Position numbers and translations under genes: made by a program. This document shows positions 39,859-49,728 of a DNA stretch of 64,000 nt, in pieces. This DNA comes from Smithellaceae bacterium (GTDB lineage: Bacteria; Desulfobacterota; Syntrophia; Syntrophales; Smithellaceae): the NCBI GenBank assembly GCA_963667845.2, contig CAXXVL010000002.1, positions 640,001 to 704,000 of the forward strand. The letters are read 5' to 3'. How positions within the stretch are numbered: position 1 is the stretch's first letter; the number at the start of each line of letters is the position of its first letter. The notes below the pieces were generated by a model that saw only the letters and a program-made list of their open reading frames with translations, ran no database searches and was not told the DNA's origin.

Positions 39859-40681
39859 AAGGCAGAACATGCTTTTAACGCCTGATCAGATCGGCATCAT
39901 CATTTCCGTCTATAAAATTTCTCCGTCGCGCGAAGAGGAAATTTCCATTCGCAGAGCTTTCGAAATATTGAACCGATACAGGTTTTTCTTTGTAGCCCCC
40001 CAAAGCCTTGACCTGGTCAACTATAAAGAATTTTTTACACCGTCCACAAACGTCGTCAGGTTTAGTGACCGTTATTTCGGCGACGGCCTGGAAGGTTATA
40101 ACCAGTTGATGCTCAGCAAAGAATTTTACGCTGAATTTTCGTCGTGCCGATACATCCTCATTTACCATCCCGATGCTTATGTGTTTCGGGATGATTTGAT
40201 TAAATGGTGCGGGGCCGGGTATGACTACATCGGGGCGCCATGGACGGAAGATAAGAATGGCAAAACACAACTCAATGGTGTAGGAAACGGGGGATTCTCT
40301 TTGAGAAAAATAGAAAGTTTTCTCCGCGTTTTTGATGCCTGCGACATAAAGACTGTTTCGCAAACGCACGGAATAAAGCAAAGAATTCATAAATTATTAA
40401 ACAAAATAATTCGCTGGCGAATAAGACTGCTGCGCGCTACTGGAAACAGGAAAGCCGTCTTTTATCGACCGCTGACCTTCAATGAAGACGGTTTCTGGGG
40501 ACTGTCCGCACCCGCAATAACGACGGGATTTAAAACGGCGCCGCAAGAAACAGCTCTGGCGTTTTCGTTTGATACCAATCCTGATGTCCTGTACCGGATG
40601 AATCAGCAACAACTGCCTTTCGGATGTCACTCCTGGGCAAGACTAAACCCCGCATTTTGGCGGGAACATATAAATTTTTGA
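39845..40681 (+). CDS. DUF5672-family putative glycosyltransferase
   Basis: YNQLML, YILIYHPDAYVF, YDYIGAPW, VGNGGFSLR, NEDGFW, PFGCH; likely start MQSPER at 39845. Confidence 0.8.
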   Translation: MQSPERQNMLLTPDQIGIIISVYKISPSREEEISIRRAFEILNRYRFFFVAPQSLDLVNYKEFFTPSTNVVRFSDRYFGDGLEGYNQLMLSKEFYAEFSSCRYILIYHPDAYVFRDDLIKWCGAGYDYIGAPWTEDKNGKTQLNGVGNGGFSLRKIESFLRVFDACDIKTVSQTHGIKQRIHKLLNKIIRWRIRLLRATGNRKAVFYRPLTFNEDGFWGLSAPAITTGFKTAPQETALAFSFDTNPDVLYRMNQQQLPFGCHSWARLNPAFWREHINF

Positions 40682-40840
40682 AATAAGCCCAGCGCAGGCT
40701 CCGATAAAAAAGTCGCAGCAATGTTCATTTTATGCTGCGGCTCATCCAAAAAATGGCGAATTTCTTTTCTGACATGGCCGCGCGTATCCGGAATAGGAAT
40801 GCCTGTCGAGAAGATTGTCTGAAATGTGGTTCGGAAATTT

Positions 40841-40899
40841 AATCAACAACCTCGCAGCAAGCTACAGAGAATTAACGCTCATCCCGCGTGAGCAGGATT
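40841..40899 (+). repeat. Dispersed palindromic element, copy 2 (more decayed)
   Basis: aatcaacaacctcgcagcaagctacagagaattaacgctcatcccgcgtgagcaggatt. Confidence 0.7.
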
Positions 40900-40933
40900 A
40901 AAAGAATAAAAGAGTGGAAAGGATACGACCATC

Positions 40934-41965
40934 ATGCCCAGCTTAACCGATCCCGGGATCATTGACTCCTCATCCGTGCCAGCCTGTTACCTGTGTGGTT
41001 CGCAGGGAGTTCTCGAACAAGCGGATCTACCGGACCTGTTGGCCGGTACTCCCGGAAAATGGAATTTGCAGCGCTGCCCGAATCCGGATTGCGGCCTGGT
41101 CTGGCTGGACCCGATGCCAACGAAAGAAGATGTTTGGAAGGCTTACCGGATATATTTTACGCATCCTGACTTTATCCAGAAAACCGCGCAAAAGAACGGC
41201 CTATTGGACGACCTTCTTCTCAAAATTCACAAACCGCTCTTCAAACTGTTTCAATATGTCGTCGGCATGCGAAAAGCCGAGAAGACATTGCGAAAAAAGA
41301 TCGAGCTGATGTTCTTAGACACCGCACCTTCGCAGGGAATCCTCCTCGATGTCGGGTGCGGAAAGGGCGACCTCCTGGTGCGTCTGCGCAGACAAGGATG
41401 GACAGTGGAGGGCCTGGAAGTTGATACCGAAGCCGCGGAACTTGCTCGAACAGCCCACGGATTAGATGTCTATGTGGGCAGACTGGAGGATCAAAACTTT
41501 CCTGATGATCGCTACGATGTCATCACAATGAACCATGTCATTGAACATGTGCATGATCCCATCACACTCATACAGGAATGTCTCCGCGTATTGAAGCCGG
41601 GCGGCAAGCTCGTCCTGGCTACACCCAACATCAACAGCTTCGCATACAAAAAGCTCGGCAGGTTCTGGGCCCACCTGGATCCACCCCGCCATCTTCGTCT
41701 CTTCGCGAAAAAGACTCTGAAAGAATGCGCCCTAAAGGCCGGAGGCCGGCATGTTGATACCTGGTGTGTTCCGGTATATGATGAAGGTGGAATAATTCGA
41801 ATCAGTATTGATCGGCGGGATGAGGCTTCCGGGAAAAAGAGCTGGGCTTTTTCCCGTTGGCTTGCGACCTCATGCATAAAGGTTCGTGCATACTATCGCT
41901 TCTTTGTAAAGAAGGATGACGAAGCCGGCGATGAAATATTCTTAATAGCTAAAAAAGACGAGTAG
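40934..41965 (+). CDS. Class I SAM-dependent methyltransferase with N-terminal Cys motifs
   Basis: CYLCG..CPNPDCG, LLDVGCGKG, NHVIEHV.DP, LKPGG, PRHL. Confidence 0.88.
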   Translation: MPSLTDPGIIDSSSVPACYLCGSQGVLEQADLPDLLAGTPGKWNLQRCPNPDCGLVWLDPMPTKEDVWKAYRIYFTHPDFIQKTAQKNGLLDDLLLKIHKPLFKLFQYVVGMRKAEKTLRKKIELMFLDTAPSQGILLDVGCGKGDLLVRLRRQGWTVEGLEVDTEAAELARTAHGLDVYVGRLEDQNFPDDRYDVITMNHVIEHVHDPITLIQECLRVLKPGGKLVLATPNINSFAYKKLGRFWAHLDPPRHLRLFAKKTLKECALKAGGRHVDTWCVPVYDEGGIIRISIDRRDEASGKKSWAFSRWLATSCIKVRAYYRFFVKKDDEAGDEIFLIAKKDE

Positions 41966-41990
41966 CCGAAGAGCTTGCCGGGTTATAGAC

Positions 41991-42875
41991 ATGAAAAAAA
42001 TCTGCGTAATCTATGCAAATTGTCAGGGCAGGGGCATTCACACTTTCCTCCGCAAACATGACATCTTCAGCGAGACTTATGAAAATCATCTCTTTGAGAA
42101 TTTCCATGTCATGGAAAATGGCCTGCCTTTGCCGATCGATCTTTTGAAGAAAGCAGATCTGTTTATCTATCAGCCTTTGAAAAGTAAACATGGACAGTAT
42201 GCAACCGATGTTGTCACAGGCTATCTTCCGGCCGCCTGTAAGAAGATTTCCTTCCCGTATGTTTACAATGATGCCTTGTGGCCTCTTTATGAAGATAGCG
42301 ATAAGATCGGAGGTGAGGAAATAATCCTCAAGCTGATTGAAAAAGGCTATTCTTTGAATCGAATCATTAATATGTTTTGCGCACAGGAGATTGATTTCGA
42401 GTTTGGAAGAAGATTTCAAAGATCTATGGAAATTTTGAAGCAAAATGAAGACGGCACGGATCTTAAGGTCTCAGATTACATTATAAAAAATATCAGCAAA
42501 GAAAAAATTTTCCTTACCCAGAATCATCAAACAAGTTCTTTCTACATATACTGCACAAATCAGATTCTAAGACATTTAGGATTTTCTGAAATTGATTTTC
42601 CTGAACGTTTTCATCCCAATGAAACCGGATTACCGGATTGTTGGCCCCAGTCTCCCTATGAGACAAAGCATTATCAATATGCGTACCACTTTGACTGGAA
42701 AACTTTTCATTCGGAAAAGGTTGACAGCAATTGGCATAAATTTCACATAAAAATAATCGGGAAAATATTTATGAGAAAATGCCCGTCATTTCCCTTATCG
42801 TTAATAAGAAAATCATACCTTCGTTATCGGATAGAATTGAGCTTACTTATGGAGAAGGGCTACCTAAATTTGTAG
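41991..42875 (+). CDS. WcbI-family polysaccharide biosynthesis protein (putative acetyltransferase)
   Basis: YANCQG, ADLFIYQP, FP..Y, FLTQNH; AT-rich. Confidence 0.7.
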   Translation: MKKICVIYANCQGRGIHTFLRKHDIFSETYENHLFENFHVMENGLPLPIDLLKKADLFIYQPLKSKHGQYATDVVTGYLPAACKKISFPYVYNDALWPLYEDSDKIGGEEIILKLIEKGYSLNRIINMFCAQEIDFEFGRRFQRSMEILKQNEDGTDLKVSDYIIKNISKEKIFLTQNHQTSSFYIYCTNQILRHLGFSEIDFPERFHPNETGLPDCWPQSPYETKHYQYAYHFDWKTFHSEKVDSNWHKFHIKIIGKIFMRKCPSFPLSLIRKSYLRYRIELSLLMEKGYLNL

Positions 42876-42918
42876 AATGCATATTACTGATTTGTATATT
42901 GTCAGGCTATTTGTTGTC

Positions 42919-44217
42919 TTATGACGCAGATGTCTGCTTTTCGCTGTTCCGACAATTGCCATTTTCTTCGATCTGCCATAAAATGTCGATCATGGCAAAG
43001 AAGATAAACAGATAGATTACCTGCAAACCTATCATGAGATCAACAAACATTCCCTGAATGAGTAAGGACAGACCACAGGCCATAAAGCAAAGATCCCAAT
43101 TTTGGATAAAAACATCCGTTGATTTTTTGTACAATAACCATCCCCTGTGAAAAAACACATACAGGCAAACGGCAAAAAGGCCCAGGCCGATAAAGCCCGT
43201 CCGCACGGTAAGATCGATCAGTGTGTTATGAGGCATGAACGGATTGCCGCCGGTTAGCGGGATAATACTTTGATATTTATGCGGCAATTTTGAATTATTT
43301 CTCACGAAAAAATTAAAGGTATAACTCTCCATGCCGAAACCGATTCCGGTTACAGGGTGATCTTTTATGGATTGTGCGTAGGTATACCAGATGGGCACGC
43401 GACCAATTTCCACTTGTTCAGTGGCTTTGTCCTTCATTGCCTGTATATGAAGCTGGTTTTTAAATGGCGTGAGCAGGATCAGAAATATCATACACGCGAC
43501 AACAAGGATGATGATTTTTTTATTTTTTATTGAAAGAAATGATACCGGAATAAGAAAACCCAGCAGGGCGCCTCTCGCTCCGGATAAGATCACCCCCGAC
43601 GTTGTTAAGATCAAAGGCACCAGCAGAAATAATTTCTTATAAAGATTTTTCTGCGTCGTCAAAAGCACTATGGTAATAAAAATGGCCGGTATAGCTAAAA
43701 ATCCGATATGATTGCTATCTACACCGGCCAGGGGAAATCCGAAACGATCTTGCGGCGCGCCCCCATTTATAACGTAAAAATGTATCATTCCTCCGAGCAA
43801 AAATATCGTTATAGAAATCAAGATGATCCAGGACAACATCATAAGTAGTTTTTTGGATTTGAAGTAGTTCACCAGGAGATAGAATATAAAGAGGTGCTTA
43901 AGCAAATGTGCATAGAAATCGTGAAAAGAATTTCCTTTGTTCAGGACAAACGGAATACAAAATAATACCCAGAGGCTAAATAACAGGAAAGGAACAGTAA
44001 ATGGTGATGTTAACGAAAAATATGTTTGCTTGCGAATGATCAGCAACAGAAGAATTAGGGCAAGGCCATAGAACGATATTTCCTGTATGGCCGTATTGTA
44101 GGGAAAAGGAATAGTAAATATGAATATACCCAACATGACGGGTATACTATTTTCCAAGAATCTGAAAAGGCCTCCCTCCTTTTTCAGAGCAATCAGCTCT
44201 GACATTAAGAACTGCAT
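42919..44217 (-). CDS. waaL: O-antigen ligase family membrane protein
   Basis: Many TM helices, SGARGA, GRVPIW, HPVTGIGFG, PHN...RTGFIG. Confidence 0.85.
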   Translation of the reverse strand: MQFLMSELIALKKEGGLFRFLENSIPVMLGIFIFTIPFPYNTAIQEISFYGLALILLLLIIRKQTYFSLTSPFTVPFLLFSLWVLFCIPFVLNKGNSFHDFYAHLLKHLFIFYLLVNYFKSKKLLMMLSWIILISITIFLLGGMIHFYVINGGAPQDRFGFPLAGVDSNHIGFLAIPAIFITIVLLTTQKNLYKKLFLLVPLILTTSGVILSGARGALLGFLIPVSFLSIKNKKIIILVVACMIFLILLTPFKNQLHIQAMKDKATEQVEIGRVPIWYTYAQSIKDHPVTGIGFGMESYTFNFFVRNNSKLPHKYQSIIPLTGGNPFMPHNTLIDLTVRTGFIGLGLFAVCLYVFFHRGWLLYKKSTDVFIQNWDLCFMACGLSLLIQGMFVDLMIGLQVIYLFIFFAMIDILWQIEENGNCRNSEKQTSAS

Positions 44218-44486
44218 GGCAAATATTACCTTTTTTGTTTCTTCGCGTAATTCTTACTTTCTAACGATCCGCTTGCAAGTTTGATTATTAAATTCAACAA
44301 CTGTCTGATTAAAGGTATCTTACTGGAATGCCATGTAATATTTCGATATAGGAAAGCATTAAGCCATTTATTGTTTTCTGATTTTGGATTTACATTGCAC
44401 ATCTTGGCCTGTACTTTCTTCCCATTAACAGGAGGGAGAGTTGCTTCTGACCGGCAAATTATTCCGGCAAAAGTGGAGTAACTTCT

Positions 44487-45335
44487 TTACTGAGCCATTT
44501 TCGCAGCGTCCAGAGTGTTCTTCATCAGCATGGCGATCGTCATGGGACCCACGCCGCCGGGAACGGGCGTGATATAAGACGCCTTGGCGGCCACCTCATT
44601 AAAAGCGACATCACCTGCCAGTTTGCCGTTTTCCAGACGGTTGACGCCGACATCGATCACGACAGCGCCTTCCTTCACCATGTTGGCAGTGATCATTCGC
44701 GTCTTCCCCACTGCGGCAATCAGTACATCCGCGCGCGAGGTTACGCCGGGCAGGTCTCTTGTTTTGGAATGACAGATCGTAACCGTTGCATTTTGTGACA
44801 GAAGCAATAGCGCCATGGGCTTGCCGACGATGTTGCTTCGCCCGACGACAACCGCATCCTTTCCTGAAAGTACGATTCCGGTGCGGGCAATCAACTCCAT
44901 GATTCCCCGGGGCGTGCAGGGAATAAAGAGCGGCGATCCGGTCACAAGACCGCCTACATTATACGGATGAAAGCCATCCACGTCTTTGTGCGGATCGATA
45001 GCGGCAATGATTTTATCGGTGGCGATGTGCTTGGGCAGAGGCAACTGAACTAAAACACCGTGAATCAGGCGATCATGGTTGAGATCGTTGATCAGATCGA
45101 GTAGCTTTGATTCGGGGGTATCGACGGGCAACTTATATTCGCGCGAAAGAAAGCCGACCTCCGCACAGGCTTTGCCTTTTCTTCCCACGTACACTTGAGA
45201 TGCCGGATCTTCACCAACAAGCACAACAGCCAATCCCGGAACAATGCCGGTCTTGTCTTTAAAGGTGACCGTTTCTTCGCGGATTGTCTGACGGATATCT
45301 TGTGCTATCTTCGTGCCGTCTATAATGATTGACAT
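44487..45335 (-). CDS. folD: Methylenetetrahydrofolate dehydrogenase/cyclohydrolase
   Basis: VQLPLP, KDVDGFHP, PCTP, GRSNIVGKP, TPVPGGVGPMT. Confidence 0.97.
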   Translation of the reverse strand: MSIIIDGTKIAQDIRQTIREETVTFKDKTGIVPGLAVVLVGEDPASQVYVGRKGKACAEVGFLSREYKLPVDTPESKLLDLINDLNHDRLIHGVLVQLPLPKHIATDKIIAAIDPHKDVDGFHPYNVGGLVTGSPLFIPCTPRGIMELIARTGIVLSGKDAVVVGRSNIVGKPMALLLLSQNATVTICHSKTRDLPGVTSRADVLIAAVGKTRMITANMVKEGAVVIDVGVNRLENGKLAGDVAFNEVAAKASYITPVPGGVGPMTIAMLMKNTLDAAKMAQ

Positions 45336-45403
45336 GCCTGACCTTTCTGACTCTATTTATTTAAGTATCGGACCCGCTCAAAAATTTCAAACGGATCAGA
45401 AAC

Positions 45404-45446
45404 GTGAGGCGCGCCGATGTTCGGAGCACACGCCGGCGCGCCTCAC
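45404..45446. terminator. GC-rich hairpin with a 13-bp perfect stem between the ytfJ-like gene and folD
   Basis: gtgaggcgcgccg ... cggcgcgcctcac; only a short U-tract on the minus strand. Confidence 0.5.
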
Positions 45447-45469
45447 AAACAATTATAATGAGGGATTCA

Positions 45470-46000
45470 TCATTTGACTTGATATTCTTTTATGATTTTC
45501 AAAACTTTATCTACTTCGGCCGCAGGCAGTTTGCCATTGTAAACATAGCGGCAAATTCGATCCTTGTCCAGAATGACCACACTTGAGGTATCATTTTTCA
45601 ATCCCCAGAGATTGAGAATCGTGTAGTCATAATCCAGCAATATAACAGCGCCTGTTTTGTCCTGCTTGCTCTTGATCACGCTCTTAAGCAGGAAATTCGG
45701 CATTTTACTGGCCTTCAAATTCGTGATCCCCAACCCTTTATACCGGACGTTGCGTTCCAGTCCCGGGTCTTTGAGCAAAGCATCTTCCACGTGCGAATTT
45801 AGATCTTTTTCGTCAGGGTCAACATAAAAGACGGACATAACCTTCCCTTGAAATTCGGGCGAATGCAGGCTGTAGGCCTTGCCCTTCGAATCTTTCAGAG
45901 AAAAATCAGGCGCCTTGTCGCCAACTTTCAACTCCGCCGCGAAACCGCCCAGAACGCCGCACAACAGCATGATCAATACCATTGCCAGAACTTTTTTCAT
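45470..46000 (-). CDS. Exported thioredoxin-fold YtfJ-like protein
   Basis: Signal peptide MKKVLAM..FAA after SD AGGAG; LKVGDKAPDFSL, YVDPDEKDLN, no CxxC. Confidence 0.7.
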   Translation of the reverse strand: MKKVLAMVLIMLLCGVLGGFAAELKVGDKAPDFSLKDSKGKAYSLHSPEFQGKVMSVFYVDPDEKDLNSHVEDALLKDPGLERNVRYKGLGITNLKASKMPNFLLKSVIKSKQDKTGAVILLDYDYTILNLWGLKNDTSSVVILDKDRICRYVYNGKLPAAEVDKVLKIIKEYQVK

Positions 46001-46213
46001 TTTCCCACTCCTTTTGTGTCCCGCCGATTTCCTGATCCACGAAATGAATTCGCGCACTGATTTTCAAATTGCCGCGAAATTATAGGGTAAAAGAATATCA
46101 CTGGCAAGGAAAAAGAATCGTCTCTGGCGGGATTCGGGCGTCTTACTTTGGGCGCTTGAAATAATTAAATTTCTTTGCTAATGGTGAATCAGTTTTAAGG
46201 AGGTCATAAAGCT

Positions 46214-47692
46214 ATTAATCTTATACAATTACTGGAAGATTCCGTCGAACGCTATGCCAACCGGCCTGTCCTGATCGCGGATGATCGCCGCATTACATAC
46301 AAGCAATTGTATGCGACTGTTCAAAGCGTTGCACAATCCCTGCAAGCCAGAGGAATCAAGAAAGGCGACACGGTCGCTCTCATGCTGCCGAACGTCCCGG
46401 AGTTTGTTTACTGCTATTTTGCCGGCATCAAGCTGGGTGCTGTTGTCGTCCCCTTGAACACATCGTCTACGCCCTCCGAACTGCTTTACCTGCTCAATAA
46501 TAGCGACGCCCGAATTTTCATCACGCAAGCCTCGGGGGCCAAGAAATATCTGGAGATTAAGGATCAGCTCTTGACGTGCCATTCGCTTTATGCCGTGGAC
46601 GAGGAGGAGGCCATCTCCGCTGTCAACGGCAAGATTCCCGTTGATGAAAAGGCCATCAATACAAGCATCGGTCCCGACGACCCGGCGGAAATGATCTATA
46701 CGGCGGGATTGACCGGCAAGCCGCTGGGTGCGGTCCTGACTCATTGCAATCTCTGCTCGCAACTCAATATGATTCAGCCTATTTTTCGAAGAGAGCCTTC
46801 CGATATCGGGCTGTGCCTTATCCCTCTCTTCCATTCCTTCGGTGCCACCGTGAACATGCTGAATGTTGTTCAGGCGGGTTGTTCCACCGTGATGATGGAT
46901 CGATTAACCATGGACGGTCTTTTCTCCACCATCGAAAGGGAAAAAATAACATACATCTGCGCCGTTCCCCGCCTCTACATCGGGATGGTCTTTTATGAAA
47001 AAGCGGCAAAGTATGATGTGAGTTCTTTGAAGCTTTGCGTCACCGGCGGTTCGCCCATGCCGGCTGATTTCATCCCCGTTTTTGAGCAGAAACTGGGCGT
47101 CCGTATCCTGGAAGGCTATGGACTAACCGAGGCATCCCCGGCCTGTTCGTTCAACAGAATAGAATCCCCGGCAAAACCCGGATCCATCGGTTCCGCTCTC
47201 ACCGGCATTGATATCAAAATTGTTGATGATGCGGGGCGGGAACTTGGCCGCAATGAAATCGGCGAGGTGATTGTCCGGGGCGCCAACGTCATGAAGGGGT
47301 ATTATAAGGATGAAGCGGCGACCGCTGCCGTGATCAGAGACGGCTGGCTTTATACCGGAGATCTGGGCAGAATGGACGAGGACAATTACATTTTTCTGAC
47401 GGGCATCAAGAAAAGGATGATCATCACCAGCGGCTTTAATGTCTATCCGCGGGAAGTGGAAACGGTTCTGAATCTGCATCCGGCGGTGCTGGACTCACGG
47501 GTAATTGGCAAGGAGGACTTGATGCGGGGTGAATTGGTGAAAGCGCAGATTGTCCTGCGCGATGGACTTCATCCGGACGACAAAGAAATCATCCGACATT
47601 GCAAAGTGTATCTCTCTCCTTATAAAGTCCCTCGGGAAGTTGAATTTGTGGCATCTATTGCAGACTCAAACCACCCGCAGGAAATCACCTGA
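46214..47692 (+). CDS. Long-chain fatty acid--CoA ligase (AMP-binding family); apparent ATT start
   Basis: YTAGLTGKPLG, EGYGLTE, WLYTGDLG, GFNVYPREVE, YKVPR. The frame extends 31 codons upstream of the ORF-track TTG to ATT 46214, behind TAAGGAGGT. Confidence 0.88.
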   Translation: MNLIQLLEDSVERYANRPVLIADDRRITYKQLYATVQSVAQSLQARGIKKGDTVALMLPNVPEFVYCYFAGIKLGAVVVPLNTSSTPSELLYLLNNSDARIFITQASGAKKYLEIKDQLLTCHSLYAVDEEEAISAVNGKIPVDEKAINTSIGPDDPAEMIYTAGLTGKPLGAVLTHCNLCSQLNMIQPIFRREPSDIGLCLIPLFHSFGATVNMLNVVQAGCSTVMMDRLTMDGLFSTIEREKITYICAVPRLYIGMVFYEKAAKYDVSSLKLCVTGGSPMPADFIPVFEQKLGVRILEGYGLTEASPACSFNRIESPAKPGSIGSALTGIDIKIVDDAGRELGRNEIGEVIVRGANVMKGYYKDEAATAAVIRDGWLYTGDLGRMDEDNYIFLTGIKKRMIITSGFNVYPREVETVLNLHPAVLDSRVIGKEDLMRGELVKAQIVLRDGLHPDDKEIIRHCKVYLSPYKVPREVEFVASIADSNHPQEIT

Positions 47693-47851
47693 AGAACTCG
47701 CTTCTTAACGGGATCAAATCATTTGGCCGGCAGAAGTTTACCTGCATTTCATATTGGTACGTGGCTTGAACAAACGGTGAATGAATTGATTGCATTGCGG
47801 CATCTTCCATAAAATGCAATTTGTTTGTTTCCGGAATACGACGACATTCCC

Positions 47852-48991
47852 CTAGTTGACCGTTTTCCAGTTTGTCAGAAGCAGCTCGGCCGCCGCTTGA
47901 TGGCCCGCCACGGACCAATGATCGTCATAATCCAAATAGAATTTTCTGCCGTCGGGTGTCTTTCTTACAAAACTTTCGAAATCAATAAAATGCATGGATG
48001 GATTTTCTAAAGCGAACTCCCTGATAACCCACCGACGGTTATCGGCCTTGTCTTTCTGATACAAGATAGATTTGTCCGACGCATCAATAATATAAAAGGG
48101 TGTTTGACCTGCGTCTTTATGAAGACGATTCAGGCAGTACATGAAAAACTTTTGATGCTCTTCATCGAGGGTGGATTGCGCGGGCGGATCCATCGGGGGA
48201 GGAAAGTCATACCCCTGCGGCGGTTTGTCGATGCCCAGCGATGTTTTGATTTTCTTGTCAAACAGCGGCCGAAATATCCGGGCATGATAGGCCTTTAAAT
48301 AAGTACGACGGCGAAATTTATCCCAGGACCAATAATCGTCCTGTTGACGGGCAACCATGGCCCGATAATTCTTTTCATCGTCGGGACCGGCATGATATTC
48401 GAGGTCATAATGGCCCGCTGCATCTTTCTTGATTTCCGCGAGCAAGTCGTTGGGACAAAAGACATAGACCACAGCAACCGGTTTGATCATACCTACATAG
48501 AATTCAAAGCACCGCACAATACTGTCAATGTCATATCCGGAAATAGCCAGATTGATGACCTGATAGGCAGGGTCTCTCTTCTGCAGCTCCTTTTCCAGGA
48601 TTTGCCCCATTGTCTCGTTCCATTGGACACCCCAGCCGAAAGCGAAGGAATCGCCCAGCAGCATGATGTTTTTTCTTCCTTTGGACAAGTCCCATTCCGG
48701 TCCCCTGAAACCCTGTGAATTGGTGTCAACCGTATAGTCCAGTTGCCCGGGATAATACTGGCGGATGTTGTGCAAATTTTTCTGCAACGTATAAATCAGT
48801 TGAGGATGGTACTGCCCGTATAGCCCTTGGATGACGGGACGCCTGGCTCCGTAGACAGATTCCTCAAGTGTCCGAATCTTGAGAAAGGGCAGGGTGAATT
48901 CCACCAATGCCAGAACTAAACACAGAGAAAATGCCAACAACAGGACGTTGCCTGTATAATGTCGTATTTTTTGTTTTACAGATGACTTCAT
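47852..48991 (-). CDS. Membrane-anchored SGNH/GDSL family protein
   Basis: N-terminal basic stretch and TM helix; LGDSFAFG, NLAISGY, CPND, DDHWS (DxH). Confidence 0.88.
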   Translation of the reverse strand: MKSSVKQKIRHYTGNVLLLAFSLCLVLALVEFTLPFLKIRTLEESVYGARRPVIQGLYGQYHPQLIYTLQKNLHNIRQYYPGQLDYTVDTNSQGFRGPEWDLSKGRKNIMLLGDSFAFGWGVQWNETMGQILEKELQKRDPAYQVINLAISGYDIDSIVRCFEFYVGMIKPVAVVYVFCPNDLLAEIKKDAAGHYDLEYHAGPDDEKNYRAMVARQQDDYWSWDKFRRRTYLKAYHARIFRPLFDKKIKTSLGIDKPPQGYDFPPPMDPPAQSTLDEEHQKFFMYCLNRLHKDAGQTPFYIIDASDKSILYQKDKADNRRWVIREFALENPSMHFIDFESFVRKTPDGRKFYLDYDDHWSVAGHQAAAELLLTNWKTVN

Positions 48992-49025
48992 AACACTTTT
49001 TCTTTAACGGATATTCGACTCAACC

Positions 49026-49116
49026 ACCTCGCAACAAGCTGTCGAGGTATGAAATGAACGTCATTATTGCGCAGCAAGCGACGGAGAATTAACGCTCGTC
49101 CCGCTTAAGCGGGATT
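49026..49116 (+). mobile_element. Two-hairpin miniature element (PATE-like IS200/IS605 remnant), copy 3 of the repeat
   Basis: acctcgcaacaagctgtcgaggt ... gcagcaagcgacggagaattaacgctcgtcccgcttaagcgggatt; no transposase. Confidence 0.55.
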
Positions 49117-49273
49117 AAAACAACGTGTAAATAAAAGGAGCAATGACCGATCCTTCCGCAAAAATCAGCAACGAACCAATAAGCAGCAAAAATAGTAAAA
49201 TCGGAACGAGCCACCATTTTTTGCGGACTTTCATATATTCCCATAACTCGGACACAATTGACAACTTACTCAT
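49115..49273 (-). CDS. DUF5989/SxtK-like 52-aa membrane peptide
   Basis: Below the ORF-track cutoff. My translation: MSKLSIVSELWEYMKVRKKWWLVPILLFLLLIGSLLIFAEGSVIAPFIYTLF*; GAGGT SD upstream. Confidence 0.9.
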   Translation of the reverse strand: MSKLSIVSELWEYMKVRKKWWLVPILLFLLLIGSLLIFAEGSVIAPFIYTLF

Positions 49274-49306
49274 CGTTCTAATACCTCGCAGATATCCATA
49301 AATATT

Positions 49307-49723
49307 TTAGAATTGTCTTTCATAGCGTGATTTTTCGACTGGCACTTCTTTTCGTTCGATCCAATAGCTGGATGCTTTCTTATCCATTTCCAGATCGAGA
49401 AATTTTTTACCGCAGAGACGCCCGATCAGGCCGATGGGTGTCACCATACCATAGAAAACAATCAGCATAATGACCTTGGTCATGATAAAACCCATGACAA
49501 CGGCCAATGCCATCCATACCTTTTGTAACGGTTTCAATAAGACAGGTAAAGTGAGACCCGATACGATAAAAGCAATTCCGACAATGAAACTATATAGAAA
49601 ATAATCATTCTTCTTCCAGAGAAGATAAAACCCGCCCAGGACAAAAATGATCCCCATCGCCAGTCCGAATTTTCGCAGATCGGACCTTTCACTTTTGATA
49701 TTCTTAATTTCTTCAATGATCAT
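49307..49723 (-). CDS. SxtJ-family membrane protein
   Basis: LRKFG, LKPL..WM, FY..VTPIG, SYW, ends ERQF; directly after the carbamoyltransferase. Confidence 0.85.
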   Translation of the reverse strand: MIIEEIKNIKSERSDLRKFGLAMGIIFVLGGFYLLWKKNDYFLYSFIVGIAFIVSGLTLPVLLKPLQKVWMALAVVMGFIMTKVIMLIVFYGMVTPIGLIGRLCGKKFLDLEMDKKASSYWIERKEVPVEKSRYERQF

Positions 49724-49728
49724 CGCTG

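Noticed and set aside
45336..45469. ZTP (pfl) or THF riboswitch upstream of folD
   Set aside because: Only a simple GC hairpin is present; the conserved ACUGGCG/CGCCUGGGC elements are absent.
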